Positions 1-7,732 of a stretch of 64,000 nucleotides of DNA are shown here, piece after piece. Position 1 is the first letter of the stretch, and the number at the start of each line of letters is the position of its first letter. The DNA lies in NCBI GenBank assembly GCA_038062455.1, contig JBBTXE010000001.1:381760-445759 (forward strand), read 5' to 3'. Made by a program: the position numbers and the translations under genes. The notes beneath the pieces are model-generated. The model worked only from the letters and a program-made list of their open reading frames with translations, was not told where the DNA came from and ran no database searches. The stretch comes from Patescibacteria group bacterium (GTDB lineage: Bacteria > Patescibacteriota > Microgenomatia > UBA12405).

Positions 1-1065
1 AATTTTCTGACATCCCTAAACTGGCCCCATTCCCGCCAATATGTCAGTCTCTTTAACGAACCCAATCAGGGTAAAGAATGGGGTGGGGGAGTCGACGCCA
101 AAAACTATGCCGAAATCTCCATCTATGCCGCCAAACGTCTAAAAGAATCAAACCCTAATTTTTTTGTCTTAAGCGGGGGTCTGGATCTGGCCGCTCCTCA
201 AAAAGCACCCAATTTTGAATCAGCCGGATCCTTCTATCAACAGATTCACCAATATAAACCGGAGTTTTTTGATTTAATTGACGCTTTAGCGTCTCACTCC
301 TATCCCAACCATGGCTTTGTCGGCCTCCCCACTGACAATGGTCAGCATTCCATCCGCGGTTATCAATGGGAATTATCTTTTTTGAAAAATCTTGGAGTTA
401 AAAAAGAACTGCCGGTTTTTATCACTGAAACCGGCTGGCCCCATCGGGAAGGGGAAACCCGGAACAACAGCTTTTATACCTCCAAAACTGCCTCTAAACT
501 TCTACTTACAGCTTTAGATATTTGGCAAAAAGATCCACGTGTTTTAGCTGTCACTCCTTTTATTTTCAATTTTCCTTATCCCCCCTTTGATCACTTTTCC
601 TGGCTGCAAAAAAACGAAACTATTTACCCTGAATACCAAATAATTGTTGACACTCCCAAGTCCAAAAATTCGATCAATCAAATAAACGGGGTTAGGGTCA
701 AGACAATTAATCTGCCTTTAATCATTTTTGCCGGTACCAAATACGCCTCCACCCTCGAACTGGAAAACACCGGCCAGGCTATTTGGGGTGAAACTACTTT
801 TTGCCTAAATCCTTCACCCTCCCCCAACATCACTCTCACCCCTCTTTGCCTTGATCAAACCCGCCATGTTCTCCCCGGCCACTCAATCAAAATTAGTTTT
901 GATTTTCAAATTAACACACCCAATCTTTCCCTAGAAAACTTTTTATCTTGGGACAAATTACCCCGCTACAACCTCTCACCCTTTAGCCCCAACTCCCGTC
1001 TTTACCATCCCCAATCCGACTTTTGGGAAAAAATCACCCAATTTTTTCAAAGGCTTTTTAAATAA
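1..1065 (+). CDS. glycoside hydrolase, clan GH-A (GH5-like) TIM-barrel enzyme; 5' end lies outside the window
   Basis: Frame 1 is open from nt 1 to the TAA at 1063-1065. The translation has NEPN (acid/base-like) and ITETGW (nucleophile-like) motifs typical of clan GH-A. Codon usage is host-like and C-rich. Confidence 0.45.
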   Translation, partial: NFLTSLNWPHSRQYVSLFNEPNQGKEWGGGVDAKNYAEISIYAAKRLKESNPNFFVLSGGLDLAAPQKAPNFESAGSFYQQIHQYKPEFFDLIDALASHSYPNHGFVGLPTDNGQHSIRGYQWELSFLKNLGVKKELPVFITETGWPHREGETRNNSFYTSKTASKLLLTALDIWQKDPRVLAVTPFIFNFPYPPFDHFSWLQKNETIYPEYQIIVDTPKSKNSINQINGVRVKTINLPLIIFAGTKYASTLELENTGQAIWGETTFCLNPSPSPNITLTPLCLDQTRHVLPGHSIKISFDFQINTPNLSLENFLSWDKLPRYNLSPFSPNSRLYHPQSDFWEKITQFFQRLFK

Positions 1066-1067
1066 TT

Positions 1068-1086
1068 TGTGAGCCGTGAGAGACTC
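1068..1086. repeat. 19-bp direct repeat (tgtgagccgtgagagactc) identical to the 3' end of tRNA-Lys at 4584-4602; attL-like
   Basis: Exact 19/19 match to 4584-4602, which covers the acceptor/T-arm 3' end of the tRNA-Lys on the minus strand. Confidence 0.6.
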
Positions 1087-1155
1087 CACATAAAAAAGTT
1101 TCGTGTTATTTGACTTATGAGCTTAATTAATCTAAATTCGTGTACTAAATAAAAT

Positions 1156-2103
1156 ATGGACGGAAGAGAGCAGCTTCTATCACAAATGGTTGATCACCAG
1201 ATATTAATCACTGATCGTTTACGGGAAGACCTCGGCACTCGTGATAAAAGTTGGTTTGATATATATGGAAGAAATTTTGATCCATCGGCAATGATATATC
1301 CGTTGACAATACGAAAGAGTACGGATAAGAAAACGAATCGTGTACCAGATTTATGGGCCATCCGAGCAGTAGCTGCTCATTACTTAGGTATGGCGCATCA
1401 TCCTCCAGTCTTTTTTTGTGACCATCGCTTTGATAATCCCAAACCTACGGAAAGCGACAGGCTTTTATATACTGACTGGGTTGAGTTCTGTCTTACGATG
1501 ACCGGCTTATTAAATTCCCAGGAAATTCAAAAAATTAGATCAAGGGGATGGTGGAACGAAGATATCTCATCGATACCTCCCGAACTTATTAATAAAAAAG
1601 ATGCAAATCTTTCCAATTTTGAAGAGGTTTGTGAAAAAATAGCGTTATGGAAGAAGGAGGGGTGGAAAGTAGCTTTGTTTCATGGAGCTTTTGACCCGGT
1701 TACCCTCACGCATCTGGAAAATGCAACCCATGCTTACTCATATGGGCCGATAACGGGGACTCCGCTAAAGTTAGTAATTGGGTTTGATTCAGATGAATTA
1801 ATACAAAGAAAAGGAAAAAATCGTCCCAGATACCAATTGGATGAAAGAAGAAGTCAGTTTGGTGCGTTTTGGATGGTGGATGGCACAGTTGTCCTGCGAA
1901 CTAATAAACCGACAACAGAAAAATTTGCTTCGGATTATTTAGCCTTAGGGGTTGATTATATTGTTACCACTAATAATCCACATGAAATAAGTACCAGGAG
2001 AGGGGCAATACTAAGATCATGTTTAGAACCGATTATAATACCTGAAAATCCTTTACCAAATGCAACCCAAATCTTGCAAAGAGCCAGATCAAGAAAATTG
2101 TGA
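1156..2103 (+). CDS. hypothetical protein with C-terminal cytidylyltransferase-like (HxGH-type nucleotidyltransferase) domain
   Basis: FHGAFDPVTLTH resembles the G-x-FD-x-x-H-x-G-H signature, and the following SD..RKG..RP pattern is as in RfaE domain II / TagD-type nucleotidyltransferases. The N-terminal ~170 aa are unassigned. Codon usage is atypical. Confidence 0.4.
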   Translation: MDGREQLLSQMVDHQILITDRLREDLGTRDKSWFDIYGRNFDPSAMIYPLTIRKSTDKKTNRVPDLWAIRAVAAHYLGMAHHPPVFFCDHRFDNPKPTESDRLLYTDWVEFCLTMTGLLNSQEIQKIRSRGWWNEDISSIPPELINKKDANLSNFEEVCEKIALWKKEGWKVALFHGAFDPVTLTHLENATHAYSYGPITGTPLKLVIGFDSDELIQRKGKNRPRYQLDERRSQFGAFWMVDGTVVLRTNKPTTEKFASDYLALGVDYIVTTNNPHEISTRRGAILRSCLEPIIIPENPLPNATQILQRARSRKL

Positions 2104-2110
2104 CAAACAA

Positions 2111-2198
2111 GTGATCTTATACAAACAAATTCGAACTCAATTTCGCGAAAACGCATTGTCGTAGCTCACCGCTCGCTATCGCTCGCGGTTCGCCCTGA
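2111..2198. repeat. IR-A left arm (~88 bp) of an inverted-repeat pair; partner is 2862-2948
   Basis: The reverse complement of 2862-2948 matches with ~66 bp perfect identity, then a few mismatches. Confidence 0.7.
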
Positions 2199-2861
2199 TA
2201 TTTTTTCCAAGCGCGATTTTGCTCGCTTCGCGAGCATATAATAACACAAAACTGCTTCAACTCCAAAAACCTAAACCTAACAATGTATGTTTAACGGGTT
2301 ACTGTCGAGTACTCAATCAACACCGTCAACTGGACCTTACCAAATCAAATCCAAATACCCAAATTATTTCTTCACAGATTTTACAATTTCTCCTCCATCC
2401 AAAGTTATCGAATCTCCAGGATTAAGGCGTCCTGTATCTATAACATTTGAACCATTAGCTTGCCTTACTGCTAATTCACAACCTGAGTTAGTACCTCTAA
2501 CAATTCCTACCATTCCGCCTATTGTACCTTCATGTTTATTTTTATCGTCCCGTGTAATCTTATTTACAATTCTCCCTCCCTGCCATATTTCTGCTGGTGC
2601 CATAATTAATCACCTCCTATCTTTGACAGCGATTATACCACTTTTTACTAGTTGAAAATTTTATGCTTAAGTTTTAAATTAAAAATGGACCCAGATATTA
2701 GCGAATTGCTTTTTTTAATGACGCATTCGGACAGAAAGAAGCAATTCGATCTGAGTCCACCGGATGCGTCATTTAAGTTTAAGAAGACAAAATCAGGAAC
2801 AAAAAATTTTTGCGTTTTCTTTTTGACTATCTGTAAAAATTAAGGTGTTCGAGCCGGCATT

Positions 2862-2948
2862 TAGGGCGAACCGCAAGCGTTAGCGAGCGGTGAGCTACGA
2901 CAATGCGTTTTCGCGAAATTGAGTTCGAATTTGTTTGTATAAGATCAC
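2862..2948. repeat. IR-A right arm
   Basis: Reverse complement of 2111-2198. It abuts the IR-B left arm at the shared 'cacac'. Confidence 0.7.
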
Positions 2949-3050
2949 ACTTTCAGATTTCGCAGAGAAGGCGGTGGCAGATGGCCGACTGCCACGCCAA
3001 GATTTGACCGAATCAAAGCCCAAATTGGGGACAAAAGAAAAGCGGAAAGA
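2946..3050. repeat. IR-B left arm (93 bp perfect, ~105 bp with one mismatch) immediately upstream of the recombinase gene
   Basis: Verified base by base: the reverse complement of 4495-4587 equals 2946-3038 exactly. Identity continues to ~3050 with one mismatch. Confidence 0.8.
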
Positions 3051-3081
3051 TAGAACAAAGGCGAAAACGCAAAAATTTTAA

Positions 3082-4647
3082 TTGATAACTGCCATGAAAT
3101 ACATAGCCTATTGCAGAAAGTCCACTGATGAAAAAGACAAGCAAGTTTTGTCAATTGATGCTCAAATAGCAGAACTTAAAGAGTTTGCCAAGAAGCAAAA
3201 CTTGGAAATTTTAGATTTTGTAGTAGAATCTCGCACAGCCAAAGTCCCGGGGCGACCATTGTTTAACGAAATCCTCGTGCGAATTGAGAAAGGTGAAGCT
3301 CAAGGAATTGTCTCTTGGCACCCTGACCGTTTAGCCAGGAATAGTGTGGATGGTGGAAAAATAATCTACTCACTTGATACTGGGAAGCTAGTTGATCTAA
3401 AATTTCCCTCATTTTGGTTTGAGAATTCACCTCAGGGTAAATTTGTACTCAATATTGCTTTTGGACAATCTAAATATTATGTAGATAATCTTAGCGAGAA
3501 TGTTAAGCGTGGAATGAGGCATAAAGTGAGAATTGGAGTCTGGCCTGTTCAAGCACCTCTTGGCTATTTAAATGACAAAAATACTAAAACGATAGTTATT
3601 GACCCTGTAAGATCCAAAATAACCAAAAAGGTTTTTGAGATGTTTGAGTCGGGAAAGCATTCTTTTACCTCAATTTCAGAATATTTGTTTAAACTAGGCA
3701 TAACTACTCGATTGGGGAGAAAACTTAATCCCGATACCATAAAAAGAATGCTTTCAAACAGATTTTACTTAGGTATTCTTAATTACAAAGGAGAGTTACA
3801 TAAAGGAATTCATAAACCCATTATTTCAAAAACGCTTTTTGATTCTGTCCAAAAGCAAATAGTTAAGTTTGAACGACCCAGAGAACATGGTCACGATTTT
3901 CCCTTTGTTGGTTTGGCTAAATGTGGTGAGTGCGGAGCTTCAATTACCGGTGAAGAACATGCTAGAAACTATAAAAATGGGAATTCTCAAACATTTGCAT
4001 ACTATAGATGTACTAAAAAACTTGGGAAATGCAGTCAAAAATACATTTCTCAAGAAGAATTTGAGCATCAATTAAAAGAAGAGTTACTTGATGTTGCCAT
4101 TCCTCAGGGCTGGTGGAGTGATTGGCTAGCTTGGGTTGAAAGAGACAAAATTAACGAGACAAAACTTGCAAGTCAAAGAGTTGTTGAGGTTGGAGAAGAA
4201 ATGCAGGAAGTTGATAGAAAACTAAACAAACTCCTTGATACTTATTTAGACTCAGTGGTTGATGAAGAGCAATACAAGGCAAAGAAAAATGAATTATTTG
4301 AACAAAAACTAAAACTTCAGGAAAAAATATCAAAAATTCAGAGTGGTGGTTCAAGTTGGCTCGAACCTTTCGAAGAGTTCTTAAAAAGCTCAATAAATTG
4401 CGGAAAAATCGCGCTTGGAAAAAATAATTTGCAAGAATTAAGGATTCTTGCAAGAAATGCCGGCTCGAACTTCTTTCTTTCTGAAAAACGCCTTTCTTTT
4501 GTCCCCAATTTGGGCTTTGATTCGGTCAAATCTTGGCGTGGCAGTCGGCCATCTGCCACCGCCTTCTCTGCGAAATCTGAAAGTGTGAGCCGTGAGAGAC
4601 TCGAACTCTCGACCAATCGCTTAAGAGGCGATTGCTCTACCGACTGA
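3082..4647 (+). CDS. large serine recombinase (resolvase/invertase N-terminal catalytic domain + recombinase domain + zinc ribbon + coiled-coil); the C-terminal tail reads through IR-B and into tRNA-Lys
   Basis: YCRKSTDEKDKQ holds the catalytic-Ser motif of serine recombinases. CGECG...YYRCTKKLGKC is a zinc ribbon typical of large serine recombinases, followed by a coiled-coil C-terminus. The stop codon falls only inside the tRNA (4645-4647), so the last ~45 aa are probably read-through. Confidence 0.75.
   Translation: MITAMKYIAYCRKSTDEKDKQVLSIDAQIAELKEFAKKQNLEILDFVVESRTAKVPGRPLFNEILVRIEKGEAQGIVSWHPDRLARNSVDGGKIIYSLDTGKLVDLKFPSFWFENSPQGKFVLNIAFGQSKYYVDNLSENVKRGMRHKVRIGVWPVQAPLGYLNDKNTKTIVIDPVRSKITKKVFEMFESGKHSFTSISEYLFKLGITTRLGRKLNPDTIKRMLSNRFYLGILNYKGELHKGIHKPIISKTLFDSVQKQIVKFERPREHGHDFPFVGLAKCGECGASITGEEHARNYKNGNSQTFAYYRCTKKLGKCSQKYISQEEFEHQLKEELLDVAIPQGWWSDWLAWVERDKINETKLASQRVVEVGEEMQEVDRKLNKLLDTYLDSVVDEEQYKAKKNELFEQKLKLQEKISKIQSGGSSWLEPFEEFLKSSINCGKIALGKNNLQELRILARNAGSNFFLSEKRLSFVPNLGFDSVKSWRGSRPSATAFSAKSESVSRERLELSTNRLRGDCSTD
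4485..4587. repeat. IR-B right arm, abutting the tRNA-Lys 3' end
   Basis: Reverse complement of 2946-3050. Confidence 0.8.
4584..4602. repeat. 19-bp direct repeat copy within the tRNA-Lys 3' end (attR-like)
   Basis: Identical to 1068-1086. Confidence 0.6.
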
Positions 4648-4658
4648 GCTAACGGCTC
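4586..4658 (-). tRNA. tRNA-Lys (anticodon CTT)
   Basis: Cloverleaf read from the reverse complement: acceptor GAGCCGT/ACGGCTC, D-arm GCTCAGTCGGTAGAGC, anticodon loop CTCTTAA, T-arm GAGAGTTCGAGTCTCTC. Confidence 0.8.
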
Positions 4659-4661
4659 GTG

Positions 4662-4733
4662 TGCGCCTAGGGGGAATCGAACCCTCATCACTAGTTCCGA
4701 AGACTAGGACTCTATCCGTTGAGCTATAGGCGC
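4662..4733 (-). tRNA. tRNA-Arg (anticodon TCG)
   Basis: Reverse complement gives acceptor GCGCCTA/TAGGCGC, anticodon stem CTAGT with loop CTTCGGA, and T-loop TTCGATT. Confidence 0.7.
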
Positions 4734-4750
4734 CATTATAACGAATATTA

Positions 4751-4826
4751 GGTATCCCCAGCAGGGATCGAACCTGCGGCCTTCTCCTTAGAGGGGAGAC
4801 GCTCTATCCAACTGAGCTATGGGGAC
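4751..4826 (-). tRNA. tRNA-Arg (anticodon TCT)
   Basis: Reverse complement gives acceptor GTCCCCA/TGGGGAT, D-arm GCTCAGTTGGATAGAGC, anticodon loop CCTCTAA, and T-arm GCAGGTTCGATCCCTGC. Confidence 0.75.
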
Positions 4827-4880
4827 AAATGTTAATGTAAAACAAGAGTATTTTACCAATTATATTGATAATATTTATTT

Positions 4881-4962
4881 TTCAATAGATAATACGTAGA
4901 GCCGCTGTGGTGAAATTGGTATACACGTACGCTTTAGGAGCGTATGCCGAAAGGTGTGGAGG
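4881..4962 (+). tRNA. tRNA-Leu (anticodon TAG), type II with long variable arm
   Basis: Acceptor GCCGCTG/CAGCGGC, anticodon loop TTTAGGA, a 13-nt variable arm, and T-loop TTCGACT. Confidence 0.75.
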
Positions 4963-5002
4963 TTCGACTCCTCTCAGCGGCACTAAAATGTTAAACTGAT
5001 TC

Positions 5003-5746
5003 ATGTTAGGTCTACTGCTCGGACTAGTTATGGCCCAAGAAGCCTCCCTCCCTGATCAATACCGCCAGGACTATTCCTTTCAAGTCAGTGAATATCAAAA
5101 AAAATATATCGATTACATCGATAAAAAAGAGATTTATACCAAATACCGCACCATCACCTCCAAAAAAGACAAAATCGATGCCGCCAAATCTGCTCTGATT
5201 GCCCGCAATACCATGTTAAAAAGTTATCTTCTGGCCCTTCGGGTAAATTTTGATTCGTTTAAAACTCTCTCCGGAATCACTACTCAAAAAATCCAAATTG
5301 AACTTAGCCGTTGGGAAGATTGGTGCCAGGAACAAAATCTAATCATCGACAACCTCAACAGCCAAAACGACATCAGTAGTTGGGTTGATGATTTTCAAAC
5401 CAAATACATTCCTATCCAAACTGTGATTTATACCGCTCTGACCCAAAATCAAATCAATCAACGTCTCCTCTCCCTCGAGCTTATTAAAAAACTGGCTGAA
5501 AATCTAAAAGCTAATCCCCAAACCGGTGACCTGCTAAACGACTGGCTTAATTCTCTTCCCGTCAAATCGGATCTGGTCTCCGCCAAATTAAAAAACGCCC
5601 AGGATCTAACCCAAACTAAACAATTAAGTAATCGTTTTATCAATTTTTACTCCAACGCCAAAACCGAACTAAACGAAGCTGACCGTTATCTTCAAAATAT
5701 GCTCTCTGATCTTAAGGCAGTTGCCATAAAATTAAACCAGTTATGA
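5003..5746 (+). CDS. hypothetical protein (coiled-coil rich, N-terminal hydrophobic segment)
   Basis: 247-aa ORF with host-like codon usage. Its stop overlaps the next start (ATGA). Confidence 0.4.
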   Translation: MLGLLLGLVMAQEASLPDQYRQDYSFQVSEYQKKYIDYIDKKEIYTKYRTITSKKDKIDAAKSALIARNTMLKSYLLALRVNFDSFKTLSGITTQKIQIELSRWEDWCQEQNLIIDNLNSQNDISSWVDDFQTKYIPIQTVIYTALTQNQINQRLLSLELIKKLAENLKANPQTGDLLNDWLNSLPVKSDLVSAKLKNAQDLTQTKQLSNRFINFYSNAKTELNEADRYLQNMLSDLKAVAIKLNQL

Positions 5747-6090
5747 GAGAAAACATCTACCAAAATATTGACCAACCTCTCAATAACCCTCTGGATGTCA
5801 CCCCCAAACCGGTTATTAAAAAAGACCGTCGCCTGATTCTTCTTTTGATACTCACCCTCGCTATTATTATTCTATTAGTCGCCAGTTTAATTGTCTCTCT
5901 GGTTCGAAAATCTCCCCGCCGTCTGACCACCATTACTCCTACCCCAATACCCACTGCCATTCCCACTGTTATCAATGAGCCCAATATCATCCCCAGCCCC
6001 TATCAATCCCAGTTCAAAAGCATTGAAGAAAATTTTAAATACAATTCCGAAATTCTTCCGCCCCAAATCGATCCCCAACTTGGACTCTAA
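5743..6090 (+). CDS. hypothetical membrane protein with Pro/Thr-rich linker
   Basis: The ORF has a predicted TM helix (LILLLILTLAIIILLVASLIVSL) and a PT-rich tract. It is translationally coupled to the upstream ORF. Confidence 0.35.
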   Translation: MRENIYQNIDQPLNNPLDVTPKPVIKKDRRLILLLILTLAIIILLVASLIVSLVRKSPRRLTTITPTPIPTAIPTVINEPNIIPSPYQSQFKSIEENFKYNSEILPPQIDPQLGL

Positions 6091-6654
6091 TCACTTTCTC
6101 GATAAATAAGCCCCGGTTTCGGTACTGATAATGATCTCCTCTCCGTTTTTGATAAACAAAGGTACCAATACTTTTGCTCCGGTGTCCAAAACCGCGTTTT
6201 TCATGGCCGAGGTCGCTGTATCACCTTTTATCGAATTCTACGCCTCCACAACCACACCGGCAATACTTTTAGGCAAAGTCACCCCTACCGGCTTTTCTTC
6301 ATAAAACTTAATCCGATATAAAAGGCCTTCCTTTAAATAAAGCTTATCATTCCCGATTACTCCAGCCGGAACCGAATACTGTTCAAAAGTCCTCGGTTCA
6401 ATAAAAACATAACTCGTCCCGTCAAAAAAAGAATATTGGGCCTCGTGGGTTTCCACAATTACTTCTTCAACCTTTTCTCCCGATTTATAGGTATATTCCA
6501 CCACCCGACCGGTATATAAAGACTTGAGTTTGGTCCGGTAAAAAGCCGACCCCTTTCCCGGAGACACAAAATGAATATCCACCACCATATGCGGCTCGTC
6601 ATGAAAAATAATATATATCCCTTTCTTAAACTGCGCCGTGCTGATTGTCCCCAT
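6091..6654 (-). CDS. efp: elongation factor P, interrupted by one in-frame TAG at 6238-6240
   Basis: The N-terminal 138 aa ([12 protein letters not shown]...[11 protein letters not shown]..) match the EF-P KOW/OB domains. After the TAG the same frame continues [48 protein letters not shown], which is the EF-P C-terminal domain. Total length is 187 codons. Confidence 0.8.
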
Positions 6655-6700
6655 AGATGCTAATTTACCTCAAAATAGACATTATTACAACTCTAAAAAA

Positions 6701-6940
6701 CTAAGAATCTACCCTTCTCACCCGATATGTTATCTCTGGAGGAATCAGTTCTCCATTCGAAGAAACTACCTGGCCTCCGGTTGATCCATCCGCACTTTCC
6801 TCATACCTTGAGAAAATAATTGCCCCTCTACGCAAAAAAACATCACCCGACAATCTAACACCTCCCACTAATTCCCATTGACCATCTAATAGATGTCGCC
6901 CCTGGGCTTCTACTACCACTTTTTGTAACATGCGATACAC
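6701..6940 (-). CDS. hypothetical small protein (uncertain)
   Basis: 79-aa ORF in a gap between efp and the next gene. No recognisable motif. Confidence 0.2.
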   Translation of the reverse strand: MYRMLQKVVVEAQGRHLLDGQWELVGGVRLSGDVFLRRGAIIFSRYEESADGSTGGQVVSSNGELIPPEITYRVRRVDS

Positions 6941-7072
6941 ATTATATCACAAAAAATTCCAAAAAAAAATCCCAGAGCATGCTTTTTAGAGGAGCCACCC
7001 CGGGATCTTCGTGTACTATATCAAAATATTATAAACACGTCAACAATGAATCTCCATTACACATTTACCCGC

Positions 7073-7696
7073 CTATGGCGGGCCTGCCTCTATCTCCTCA
7101 ATAAACTGATTGACCCCATGCGCCCACGAACCATTAGAATTCGGACAATATTTTTTCATAACAGCTTCGACAGTTAAATAACCCTTATCAAAATACTCCC
7201 GTTTTAAATATTCGGCAAAACTCTTTAATGCCAGCTCATAATTTTCGAAACGAAGTGTTCCTTTTTTGTGAATTCCATATCCCCAGCAGTTGTAGGAATT
7301 TACCGGAATTTTTTTACATAAATTTGACTCCTGCTGGGCAATCGCCGGAATCCAATAATACTCAAATCCATAAGTATCCGATAATTCTAAAATCAATTTG
7401 GAATAGGGAAGCAACGGGGATTTATATTTTCTTAAATATCCCTCAATTAACCCCAATCTGGCATCATCGGCCACCAAATTATCCCTAGCCATAACCACCT
7501 GTTCAAAAATGTTTCCGGAAACTTTTCCGGCCACCACCTTGCCCTCCCGACTCTGATATCCGCTAATTAAAACTGATTCTTTTTTCTCCGAAACTTTCGC
7601 CCACCACCAAACTTCAACTAACAAAAGTACCATTAAATTTATCCCTATCACCGACACAAAAACTACCTTTGCCACAGTATAAAAAATTTTTTTCAT
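7073..7696 (-). CDS. membrane-anchored glucosaminidase-like (peptidoglycan hydrolase) domain protein
   Basis: N-terminal TM helix, then a C-terminal region (IAQQESNLCKK...NCWGYGI...) resembling the mannosyl-glycoprotein endo-beta-N-acetylglucosaminidase / FlgJ-type domain. Confidence 0.35.
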   Translation of the reverse strand: MKKIFYTVAKVVFVSVIGINLMVLLLVEVWWWAKVSEKKESVLISGYQSREGKVVAGKVSGNIFEQVVMARDNLVADDARLGLIEGYLRKYKSPLLPYSKLILELSDTYGFEYYWIPAIAQQESNLCKKIPVNSYNCWGYGIHKKGTLRFENYELALKSFAEYLKREYFDKGYLTVEAVMKKYCPNSNGSWAHGVNQFIEEIEAGPP

Positions 7697-7732
7697 AAGA
7701 TTTCCTGACTTTATGCTATCATAGCTTTACTT

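Larger units (their letters stand above)
2111..2948. mobile_element. MITE-like segment (~840 bp) bounded by the IR-A pair, containing only short overlapping ORFs
   Basis: ~88-bp terminal inverted repeats. The internal ORFs (2219-2843, both strands) are short and mutually overlapping, and none is recognisable. Confidence 0.35.
1087..4583. mobile_element. Integrated element at tRNA-Lys(CTT): cargo nucleotidyltransferase-like gene, inverted-repeat-bounded segment, and a large serine recombinase gene flanked by ~100-bp inverted repeats
   Basis: It is bounded by the 19-bp direct repeats of the tRNA 3' end (1068-1086 and 4584-4602). The internal genes use A/T-ending codons unlike the flanking host genes. 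The recombinase gene abuts the intact tRNA. Confidence 0.55.

Noticed and set aside
2219-2843. Short ORFs inside the IR-A-bounded segment (68, 122, 79 and 63 aa) as real genes
   Set aside because: They overlap one another on both strands, have low-complexity Pro/Ser/Thr-rich translations and no motifs. The segment is treated as a non-coding MITE-like unit.
4495-4647. The last ~50 aa of the 521-aa recombinase ORF (..RLSFVPNLGFDSVKSWRGSRPSATAFSAKSESVSRERLELSTNRLRGDCSTD) as genuine protein sequence
   Set aside because: This tail is encoded by the IR-B arm and then by the tRNA-Lys gene itself. It is most likely incidental read-through to the first available stop, and the functional C-terminus is probably the coiled-coil region ending near 4490.
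6238-6240. TAG reassigned as a sense codon (alternative genetic code) to explain the in-frame amber codon in efp
   Set aside because: TAG clearly terminates other well-conserved genes in the window (infC at 11982-11984, pheT at 16100-16102). There is a single occurrence, and it fits a point mutation or sequencing error better.
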